DNA from: Planctomycetota bacterium
Lineage (GTDB): Bacteria > Planctomycetota > GCA-002687715 > DRQF01
DNA: 64,000 bases
Direction: 5' to 3'
Assembly: GCA_027001995.1 (NCBI GenBank)
Contig: JALTLO010000197.1
Location: forward strand, 5,178-69,177
In this document: positions 9,517 through 17,939 of the stretch, piece by piece
Position numbering within the stretch: position 1 is the stretch's first letter
How the letters are laid out: each line of letters begins with the position of its first letter
Notes under the pieces: model-generated
Told to the model about the DNA's origin: nothing
What the model saw: only the letters and a program-made list of their open reading frames with translations
Databases searched by the model: none
Made by a program: the position numbers and the translations under genes

Positions 9517-10380
9517 TCAATCCTCGAAAATGCTGCCGATGACTGAAAAGAGAAGTTCGGCTAACCACCAGCCCGACTTGGACGTGTACTTGGGGCGAAA
9601 ATCGCCCATCGGTAATCGACTTCTTGGTTGAGGGCTCTGCTTTATTTTGTATGTGATTTTGCCGTCCTCAAGGGAGAGGTTGTGCTCATGGCCGGCGCGC
9701 AAGTAGGCTAGTGATCTTTCCAATTCCTTGTGGTCAAACCAAAGGCCGTGTTTTCCACAGACATCGACAATGACACGACTCTTCGCTCCTAGAGAGCGAG
9801 GGACCATTTTGTCGTCACAAACTAGACAGCTCAGATACTTGAACTCCGGCGTTTCTGATGCAAAAGGGGAGTTTTCTTGCTGGGCCGAAAAGTCTTGTAA
9901 GGCAATTTTGCTCTCCTCAGCATTCTTCACCATTTTCGAAAAACTATTGGGACTAAGCCAAATGCCCCGGCAATGGCTGCATTCGATAAAACTTGTGTTC
10001 TTGCAATGACGGGTTCGCAATGCTGAATCACAACGAGGACAGGTTTTCCCGTCTGGCACGGCGACAATCGATTGAGGGTCGATATTGACGCCGCACTCCA
10101 TGCAGAATTGTGCGGTGGCTGACATTCTGGCCAAGCAACAGGGGCAAACTGTGCTCAAGGTTCGTTCTTCTATCGAGAATCCTTGCAGGCAATAACGACA
10201 GTTCTTGCGATTTTCATCCAAGGGCCCGCCGCAACTTGGGCATCGCAGAGGGGTTGGTTCGTGAGCAAGGTGTTCCGTGACGGTGAGCTTTTGGCCGCAA
10301 AGACAGAGTAGTTTGTCGCCTATTTCATGGCTTGTCACGTCATATTGGCGATTGCAGTCTGCACAGGCGATGAGTCTCAC
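9517..10380 (-). CDS. Multi-zinc-ribbon protein with zf-TFIIB-like domains
   Basis: About ten CxxC-type pairs and two CP.C...C..C.G.W-type units. GTG start at 10380 follows AGGAG. Confidence 0.75.
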   Translation of the reverse strand: MRLIACADCNRQYDVTSHEIGDKLLCLCGQKLTVTEHLAHEPTPLRCPSCGGPLDENRKNCRYCLQGFSIEERTLSTVCPCCLARMSATAQFCMECGVNIDPQSIVAVPDGKTCPRCDSALRTRHCKNTSFIECSHCRGIWLSPNSFSKMVKNAEESKIALQDFSAQQENSPFASETPEFKYLSCLVCDDKMVPRSLGAKSRVIVDVCGKHGLWFDHKELERSLAYLRAGHEHNLSLEDGKITYKIKQSPQPRSRLPMGDFRPKYTSKSGWWLAELLFSVIGSIFED

Positions 10381-10738
10381 TGATAATTCTCCTGACCACG
10401 ATTCTATCACAATAACGACATATTTTGTCCGCCACACCGCTGAATTGCCTGTCTTCAAACATCTCGATCGATCCCACATTTCTTTCGTCAAACCTTCGAG
10501 GGGGCAGTGTCTCAAACAAATCAAGAAAATTGAAAGAAAGTTCGCAACGTTTTGCCAAGGTTCTCGCCTATAGAGGTGGAGGTGCTGCTTGCGGCACTTC
10601 TCCTTGCTAAGGGTTCACCATTGAACTTGAGAGTTTGCTTTTGGCGCGAAGTCTCGTTCCGGACGGAGAAATCCGTTCCGTGGTGCATCATTGGTTTGGC
10701 ATTCCTTCAGGCGTACGGCAATGGTGAGGGTCGGGTTC

Positions 10739-12241
10739 CTAACAGGACTCGGCCTTTTTTAACGCTAAGTGATCGCCCGAGTGGTTTTCAAAGGTTTGTT
10801 CCCGTTCTCGGGGAAGAAGAGATCCTAAGAGTAGTAGCAGCCCAGGTGAGATTTGGAGCAATAGGCGTGGAGCTGCGGTTTGCAGATGCCAAACTTGTTT
10901 CGGAATAGCAACCATCACCAAGAATACGGCGCAGAATTGTCCCAGGGCCGTTAACAGCAAGAAAAGATTCCTGCGGGTGCGTACCGGTTGGCCCACCGCG
11001 GCTACCAACATCAAAATCATAAGTCCCGGCCAGAAAAGGACCCAATTTTGTGCCGTTCGGTTGGCCGGAGGGTGTTGGTGCCAGAATCCGAAACCCGAGC
11101 GATTTGTGAGCTCATCCCCAAAGAAGGTGGCGGCTATCCTCCAGCGCTCTCCGTCTTTAAGGGCATCGATGACCGGGGCTGCCCCTTCTTGCGTTAGGAG
11201 GTTTGGCGGCGCCCAGTTGTTCTTGAACAAATACCAGGCTGCGAATCCAGGCGCTGCTGCCAGAAGAATCTGCATCATCCTCAGCATGAAGCCTCGTCGT
11301 TGTGATTTTCCGAGGAGGGAGAGGAGGAGGAAAAGGGAAAGGGCTACAAGGGCGTACATCCAACCCTCGTTTTTGATCCAAGGAAGAAGGCCAAGAAAGA
11401 AGCCAGCAATCCAAGGGGAAGCACTTGTGGTGTTTGGGCCTTTGAGAAGCAAAGCCAACGAACCGAGGGTGATGGCGTTGAGGGCGGCTAAGATAACGTC
11501 CGCATATTGATAGGCTGCGATGGTCACGAAATGAGGGGTGGCACAGGCGATAGCTGCGAGAACGAATCCGGCTGTGGCGCCACTGAGTCGTTGTCCCATA
11601 CGCAACAAAACAAAGACGAAGGCCACGAACCCGAAGTAACCTACGACTTGAGAAATCACGTATGGCTCAGAGCCAGCGATTCTGAATGCCGACGCCAAAG
11701 TCCCGGGGAGCATGTGTGGATATTCTGGATGTCCTAGGGGCATGAGAGCTAACTTGTCATGCATGTTTCCATCAAAGCGTCCCATGAGTCGCCCAAGAGC
11801 GTTCCAAATGGCAAAGCCATCCCAACCGCCTGTCGGCATCACATGGCTACGTATCCAAAATAGTGTCGATGACCATAGAAACATGATGAGAGCCAAGATG
11901 CCACAGGCGTGACGATAGGGGCTGGGCTTGTCAATGGACTTGTCAATGGACTTGACAATGGACTTGACAACGGCTTCTTCCTTGCGAAGCCAATAGAAGG
12001 CACCTGCCCCCAGCAACAAGATTGCCCATGTCCCAGCGAGTGAGGGCGTCGAGGGGAAATGATCGGTGAACCATTTGACATAGAAAAAATGAAGGGATGT
12101 GACAGCCATAGCGATCAGCGGGCCGAAGGCCAAGGAGTCAACAAGGCGTTCCCAAAGAGAACAACTAGAGCGTCTTGCCATGGACGCAGCAACCAAGAAT
12201 CCTGGGAGGAAAATGAGGCAAAGGCTCCAAATGACGCTCAT
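10739..12241 (-). CDS. Polytopic membrane protein, GT-C (ArnT/PMT-like) glycosyltransferase candidate
   Basis: Many TM segments; WDGFAIWN, YP, YADV, KNEG and a late R motif. Confidence 0.6.
   Translation of the reverse strand: MSVIWSLCLIFLPGFLVAASMARRSSCSLWERLVDSLAFGPLIAMAVTSLHFFYVKWFTDHFPSTPSLAGTWAILLLGAGAFYWLRKEEAVVKSIVKSIDKSIDKPSPYRHACGILALIMFLWSSTLFWIRSHVMPTGGWDGFAIWNALGRLMGRFDGNMHDKLALMPLGHPEYPHMLPGTLASAFRIAGSEPYVISQVVGYFGFVAFVFVLLRMGQRLSGATAGFVLAAIACATPHFVTIAAYQYADVILAALNAITLGSLALLLKGPNTTSASPWIAGFFLGLLPWIKNEGWMYALVALSLFLLLSLLGKSQRRGFMLRMMQILLAAAPGFAAWYLFKNNWAPPNLLTQEGAAPVIDALKDGERWRIAATFFGDELTNRSGFGFWHQHPPANRTAQNWVLFWPGLMILMLVAAVGQPVRTRRNLFLLLTALGQFCAVFLVMVAIPKQVWHLQTAAPRLLLQISPGLLLLLGSLLPREREQTFENHSGDHLALKKAESC
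11927..11970. repeat. 12-bp in-frame tandem repeat, about 3.7 copies (VKSI/DKSI)
   Basis: CTTGTCAATGGA x2, then CTTGACAATGGA and CTTGACAA. Confidence 0.9.
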
Positions 12242-12735
12242 TATTTCTTCTCGTTCGGTTGCAATACTAAGAATCGATTCCCAAAAGCCTTGGCCTTGAA
12301 TTCTACTTTCTTCCTTAATTCCGTTTGCAGGAATTGTTGGCGTTTTGGCGAAACTCGATCGAGCACAATGGGGACATCATGGCTGAGGAAAACAGCCAAG
12401 GCCGCCGGACTCGATTGTTCGGATCGGGGGACGACTGCGGCGGGGAAGAATTCAAACTGAGCTTCGTAGTACATCTTTTGTCGGTTGAAGGTTTGATCTT
12501 CGTTGTAGAGGACAATAAAGGAATGCCCTTCGAGCAATTGAGCGATGCGCCGATGATCCAGATCTGGCATCCCACTTGGTTTCGCTTTCGTCTCGACCCA
12601 GGCGATTTGTTTTTGTATCTGTATTCCGGCATATCCCAAATAGACCACCAACAATCCGAAAATCAAGCTCCAGCGCAGGGTGTTTGGGGGCCGCGTTTGG
12701 TGGCTGGGGGAGTGGGGTTCTTTCATAGGGATCAT
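12241..12735 (-). CDS. Hypothetical membrane-anchored protein
   Basis: Single N-terminal TM segment; its stop overlaps the start of the next gene. Confidence 0.6.
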   Translation of the reverse strand: MIPMKEPHSPSHQTRPPNTLRWSLIFGLLVVYLGYAGIQIQKQIAWVETKAKPSGMPDLDHRRIAQLLEGHSFIVLYNEDQTFNRQKMYYEAQFEFFPAAVVPRSEQSSPAALAVFLSHDVPIVLDRVSPKRQQFLQTELRKKVEFKAKAFGNRFLVLQPNEKK

Positions 12736-12902
12736 GATCCACTGGTAAGGGATAGCTGTTCACGACTACGATCTATTGAACAAGTCGGGTTGTTAAGCGT
12801 ACTCAAGCATTCCGTTGATCACCATCTTGGAAATGCGATTATTTTTGTTTTCGGAAGGAGATCTGATTTTCTTGATGCTATGGAATCTGTGACGATCGAC
12901 CA

Positions 12903-15083
12903 CTACTTTTTGGTGCTCGTTTGAGAGAATTGTCGAAGTTGAACCATGGTTCCTGGGATCGTCGGGAAAGCTATGCTTGTATAGGTTGGAGTCTTCTTTC
13001 CAGTGGTGATCTCTGCCCTAAAACGACCATGGTCGTCAATCTTGATTTCTTGATGAAGGGGAGATGGAGCGCTTCCCAAGAAAGTGACACGTATGGATTT
13101 TCCTGGAACTTCCTTCGTGATTGTTCCTTCAATATGAAACACAGTTTTCTTGTTCTTGTTTTTGTTCGGGAAACGGGAGAAAAAAGTGACTCGAAGGCCA
13201 GGGGCAGTGGCGGTGAGGGTGAGGCCTTTTCGGGACGACTGCTCCGTTGAGGCATGGGAATAGGAAAGCATCCCTTTCATGCCATCATGTTCAAATTGCT
13301 GAAGCTCTGCCGTCGATAGCACCCTCTCGCTTGATTCGCCTTCTTGATTCCAGGTATTCACGCTTGCGATGATGATAAATGTTCCAAGCAAAACAAGAAG
13401 TGGAGAGATGACAGAAGGCGGCAAGATATTGCGCCGCCCCAAAGAAAGGGCAACCCAAGCATCGGCCCAAGATGAAACAACCCATGCCGGGAGTAAGAGG
13501 TAGGCGGGGAGAAGGTAATTTGGTCCAAAGGACGGGATGTAGTAAACGTCAATCATGGCTACTGCGGCGGCCCGCAGGATGAAAGCGAACCCCAAGACCA
13601 TTGGCACGATCGTTGCCGGACGAAATCCCTTTCTAAAGCCACAAACAACAACAATGACGGAAGCCAACAGGGCTAAGATCGCGAATGAGAACTGATATTT
13701 TCTTGCGCCGTTGAGCATCCACAAGGCGACGTTTTTTCTGCGGAAGAAGTCTATATCAAGGTGGGAACTTGGTTCTCCAGTCACGCGGCGGGCAATGGCG
13801 ATGTCTTCTGTGGTACCATAGTCCTTTGGGATGATCCCTCCCAGTGTCACGGGGCTTACATCAACATGGATGGCTCGGCCCATGTTGGTAAACGTCCTCA
13901 AAACGGTGGGCCACCAGAAATCTTGCCTAAACCTTGGTACCAGAGAGTCTCGGCGCTCGTCCGCTGGTATCTTTCCAGAGTCGCAGGCATCGTTGATTTG
14001 CGTGGCTAACCGCAAATAGTAATCCCTTGCTAGTTTCGCGTTCTTATGGTGCCCCATACGGGATGCTGCGCGTCGAACCACCCATTTGAGGATATCGAGT
14101 GTTCGTTCATTGTTCTCCGTAGGAGGATGGCTGTTCCGATTTGTTGGTCCGCTTAAGATTGGCAGGATTTCTGCGAATGCCGGACTAACTTTGGCGATGT
14201 CCTCCATCGTTTCCCGGTCCACAGGTTCGTAAGGCAATCGGGATTTAGGCTTGACTCTCTGAATTGCTCCGATGGCTGCAACGAATTCAGGAGATTTCAA
14301 TTCGGTTTCTATGGCAACGCCATAGTGCTTGCGGTTGAGTTCCATGATCCCGACTCTCCCGCCAAAAAGGAGGCCAATGGGGAGAATGGAGAGAAGTAGA
14401 ATTGTGGCCGCTGATCGAACGCGGCTTTCATTTGGACCCGGATTGACCAGAATGCCTGCGACTGCCATCAAAACGAATGCCGGGATGATCCAGATGCCTT
14501 CTTCTCGGATTTGCCAATAGAGTGCCAATGAGAGGCCAAGCCCTATGGAGCAAATAAGACGTCTTTTGATTCCTCCCGGGATCACTGTGCCTAAGCCGGC
14601 GCATAGGACAATGATAGTCAGGCTGGGATAGATAGATTCTCTCAGCACATAGGCCATGCTTCCAGCGCTCAGTGTAGCAGGAGAAAAGAGGATCGCTCCT
14701 AGGGCACACAGGCGGAAGAGGAGGCCAAATCTAACGAGGGACATGACCGCAAAAAGTGCTAACGATGCGGCCACAAGCAGGAGATCTTGTCCAAGTCGCG
14801 TGGAAATCCCGACTAGTTTGAAGCCAGCCAAGATGATGGGATATCCAGGCATCTTGGCGAGAGTTGTGTGGTCGTAGGGACCCAGCCACTGGCCTTCCGT
14901 CATGAAATTGGCTGAGCTTGTATAGAACTCATCGTCGACCTGAAGGTGGGCTCGGATAGAGATGGGGGCGTTCGCTGTGAGCAGAAGCCTCAATGAAATC
15001 AAGACAATGATGACCCACCAAGTGGCCCAGGGGTTTTTGTATCCTTGCTCATTCGAGTGGTCTTTGGATTTTTCCAGTGGCAT
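12903..15083 (-). CDS. Polytopic membrane protein, GT-C-like, with a soluble C-terminal domain
   Basis: DDEFY..A...GQWLGPYD..TLAK.PGYP and REE motifs; multiple TM helices. Confidence 0.6.
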   Translation of the reverse strand: MPLEKSKDHSNEQGYKNPWATWWVIIVLISLRLLLTANAPISIRAHLQVDDEFYTSSANFMTEGQWLGPYDHTTLAKMPGYPIILAGFKLVGISTRLGQDLLLVAASLALFAVMSLVRFGLLFRLCALGAILFSPATLSAGSMAYVLRESIYPSLTIIVLCAGLGTVIPGGIKRRLICSIGLGLSLALYWQIREEGIWIIPAFVLMAVAGILVNPGPNESRVRSAATILLLSILPIGLLFGGRVGIMELNRKHYGVAIETELKSPEFVAAIGAIQRVKPKSRLPYEPVDRETMEDIAKVSPAFAEILPILSGPTNRNSHPPTENNERTLDILKWVVRRAASRMGHHKNAKLARDYYLRLATQINDACDSGKIPADERRDSLVPRFRQDFWWPTVLRTFTNMGRAIHVDVSPVTLGGIIPKDYGTTEDIAIARRVTGEPSSHLDIDFFRRKNVALWMLNGARKYQFSFAILALLASVIVVVCGFRKGFRPATIVPMVLGFAFILRAAAVAMIDVYYIPSFGPNYLLPAYLLLPAWVVSSWADAWVALSLGRRNILPPSVISPLLVLLGTFIIIASVNTWNQEGESSERVLSTAELQQFEHDGMKGMLSYSHASTEQSSRKGLTLTATAPGLRVTFFSRFPNKNKNKKTVFHIEGTITKEVPGKSIRVTFLGSAPSPLHQEIKIDDHGRFRAEITTGKKTPTYTSIAFPTIPGTMVQLRQFSQTSTKK

Positions 15084-15173
15084 ACAGCTGGTGTTTCCTC
15101 AACAGCGATAAACTGAGCGTCAAGAGTTCTTGAACGCCTTGGGTCGTTTCCTACTCAGGGCCTTGTTTATCTA

Positions 15174-16466
15174 TCACCCAGGAATCAAGGGTAGCTCAAT
15201 TCTTTGAGGCTTTCCATTGCGCCAAAACTTGATTCTTATGGTTTGCCCGACCTGGCATCGGAGTCGGATCCATGCGTGGAAATGATCGGCGTCTCGGAAG
15301 TCTGATTTGCTGTTGATTGATAGGACGATGTCGCCTTTGCGGAGTCCAGCTTTCTTGACATTGGCGCCGAGAGATTTCCTTGGGCCCCAATCGACGATGT
15401 AGTCCACGCGCATAGCAAAAGGATATTCCTCTAAGCCGAGCTCCTTCTTTGTTTCTTGAGAGAGAATCTGGCCGCCGAATCCTGGGGCTGGCGACAATTC
15501 CCATTTCATCGGGCGCCAAGAATATTCGAAGGGGCTGATTCGCTTCCAACCATCTTTGAGCTTCAGCTTGAACGTCTTCAAGCTGTCGCCCCGAGACCAA
15601 TGAGTGGTGAGAGTGGTCCTTGCTTCTTTGGTTTTATGAAGAGCGTGTTGGAAATCAGCGATGCTAAAAACTCTCTTGTTTTCGATGCTGAGTAGTTTGT
15701 CGCCGGGCCTAAGACCAGCCACATGGGCGCTGCTTTTCGGGGTGACAGACATAAGGGTCGTTTGATGGATGGGGTCCATTTCTATGCCAATTTGTCGAGG
15801 AGCTGGGTAGACGAATTTCTTTTCGGGAGTCCAGGTCTTCTTGGCGATGGCTTCCCGTCGTAATGCTGGGAAAATGCTATGACAATGGACACATTCTAAT
15901 TTCTTACCACGGACCCCTTTGGCAAAGGCAGGCACGTCAAAAATCGTCGTTCTGGTATTCGGGATGTCTGGTTTCTTCTTGGGGCGAGATTCTGTTTTTT
16001 TGTGGATTCGATGGTTGTCTCTTAGCTCCCTGAGCCATGCTGCAATTGCCCTTGGCTGTTGCCAAAGGTTCGCGCTGGATTTGTCGCGCCCCCCAAAGCG
16101 GCTGACAAGATTGCCGTCGGGGCTGTGAACTGTCATAGCGAAGGTGAGATCGTAGTCGAATTGGAACTTATTGAGGTCAACAGTACTCATGTCGGTGATG
16201 CGCAGACAAACGAAAGATCTGAGGAGTGCTGTCAATGTCTTGTTCGGTCGGAGCAACTGCTCGTCGGTGGATTTGCAATCCCTTCAGGGTACTCAGCGAA
16301 AGACTGTGAGCATGGGTTTCTGTTGGGCTTGGGATTTCTCTTCCGCGGCCTGCAAGTTGGACATCCAAGAGAATCTTTGGGCGCAAACGGACATGTTCAT
16401 GGCGAACAGGGCGAAACCGACCATAAGAACATGAGAAAGGAGCTTTTTCGGACCTGATTTGAACAT
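15174..16466 (-). CDS. Exported thioredoxin-like (Trx7-type)/CxxCH/double-PDZ selenoprotein, 430 aa, with two in-frame UGA codons (U58, U61)
   Basis: The track ORF (TTG at 16256) extends in frame to ATG 16466 (AGGA upstream) through TGA at 16295-16293 and 16286-16284. Translation: MFKSGPKKLLSHVLMVGFALFAMNMSVCAQRFSWMSNLQAAEEKSQAQQKPMLTVFR-U-VP-U-RDC. It also has FQFDYDL, RFGGRD, CVHCH and two GL..GD PDZ motifs. Confidence 0.85.
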
Positions 16467-16713
16467 GGAGTTTTTTCCTGGGGCTGGGCTTCGTCTCTAA
16501 GAAAGTACCTGGTCATGGGGGAGCCGCAAGGGATTCTTGAGCTGACTTCGTGGCTCTAATTCTTTTTTCGACACTTGGGCCGTCTCTCATTCATGATCTT
16601 CCCCGTCTGCAGAGCGCCCAAGCTCAACGTCCACCGCTGCTCGCTTTTGCCCGATGCTGGTCCAATCACTTTGATCTCATGAAAAAAATGGGCCCTGAGG
16701 TTATGATTTCCCC

Positions 16714-17667
16714 ATGAAGAAAATCACTGGAATTCTATTGTTGTCATTTTTGGCCCTTCATCCATCTCTCTACGCCCAGTGAAGTGGCTGAACCACAGGA
16801 GCGCCGTCGGTCGGACGGCCTACAAGTATTGAAACAGAAGCGGGTGGTTTTCGCGTTGCCGCTTGGGGAACGTTTGAGCGTCGAGATCGCCTTTATGTCG
16901 GCTCACAACGGACGAATGACCCTTCTGGAGAATCCGTAGAGATTGCCCGGGCGCTGCTGGAATTGGAGTACGCCATCGATTCCAACCTGACGGTCTCGGC
17001 GATCTTTTCTTACATTGACATCGAACGTCGTCTACCGGGGGCCAACTTGCGCGAGCGAGTTTCTGGCATTGGTGATACCCAGCTGATTTTTCGTTGGACC
17101 GCAATCGATAGTGGATTGACGGAGGAAGAGCAAATCCCGTGGTTGGCTGATTCCCCTCGTTTTCGCTTGCGGGTGAGTTTTGGCGTCTCTCTTCCGACGG
17201 GCAAAACCAGGTCGCCGAATTTGAGCATTGGCGGCACGCCTACGTCACTTCTGCAAACGGGGTCCGGGACATTTCAGCCCCTTCTGGGTGTTGGGACGCG
17301 ATGGGACTGGGGCGGTATTGCGCTTACCGCAGATGTGCAGTCGACTTTGCCGTTCTACGAAAATGACAATGACTTTCAGCAAGGTGTGTCTATCAACTCG
17401 AGTTTGGGATTCGAATTGAAACCCACAGACGGGTTGATTCTTCGCATCGCGATCGATGGAGACTATCGCAAACGTGATTTGCAATTTGGCGATCGCATTG
17501 AACCTGGAGGAGGTTTGCGGGTGGCGGCCCATCCCGTCATTATTTGGTCGCCTATTGAAGAACTGCAGATTTTCGCTGGTGTGGTTTTACCGTTTTATCG
17601 GAATGTCCCACAGCGTCTCCTGGACACCGCCGCCAAAGTTGAGTTTGGCGTGTCATTCGTCTTCTGA
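16714..17667 (+). CDS. Probable outer-membrane beta-barrel (COG4313/MetA-pathway-transporter-like) selenoprotein, 317 aa, with N-terminal UxxU (U23, U26)
   Basis: ATG 16714 gives MKKITGILLLSFLALHPSLYAQ-U-SG-U-TTGAPS..., in frame with the track ORF at 16963, with TGA at 16780-16782 and 16789-16791. It has SGIGD, GVSLPTG and QTGSGT motifs, amphipathic strands and a C-terminal Phe (GVSFVF). Confidence 0.82.
16803..16819 (+). promoter_or_regulatory. Candidate bacterial SECIS element
   Basis: GCCGTC-GGTCG-GACGGC is a perfect 6-bp stem separated from the second UGA by an 11-nt spacer, with a GGUC-containing loop like the FDH SECIS. Confidence 0.75.
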
Positions 17668-17807
17668 GACGGAGGTCTCATGATCTGAAGGTCATCGTTT
17701 GAGATCACGGATGGGAGGCAGGGCAGTCTGAGCTGTCCGAGAAAACCCGACCTGGACTCAAAGTTCTTGGCCCACTGAGGTTGGCCCGAAGGTTGATTCG
17801 GGAACTT

Positions 17808-17870
17808 GAAGAAGTCGCAGGCGGTGGTAACGTCCATGTGATTCTTGATGAATGTCCTCCAGGTTTGGCG
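17808..17870 (-). pseudogene. Short remnant of an integrase-core (rve-like) IS transposase
   Basis: QTWRTFIKNHMDVTTACDFF resembles the TW.TFL..H......CDFF motif preceding the DDE core; no rest of the gene is present. Confidence 0.55.
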
Positions 17871-17939
17871 AGCGTGATTCACGCAACAAAGCTCTGAAGT
17901 TCTTTCTCGGACATCTTGTCCGACCTTGAACTGCATGAA

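Noticed and set aside
10578..10601. Intergenic hairpin GGAGGTGCTG-CTTG-CGGCACTTCT as an ncRNA or riboswitch
   Set aside because: It is a single stem with no recognisable family features.
11927..11970. CRISPR array
   Set aside because: The units are contiguous 12-bp repeats without spacers inside a CDS, and there are no cas genes in the window.
16467..16713. tRNA-Sec or a riboswitch between the selenoprotein genes
   Set aside because: I could not find a cloverleaf, UCA anticodon arm or known aptamer motif by eye.
16284..16791. The four TGAs as nonsense mutations in pseudogenes
   Set aside because: Four independent stops, all TGA, in two xx-spaced pairs with otherwise intact frames and a SECIS-like hairpin are very unlikely to result from decay. 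This is not formally excluded without homolog alignment.
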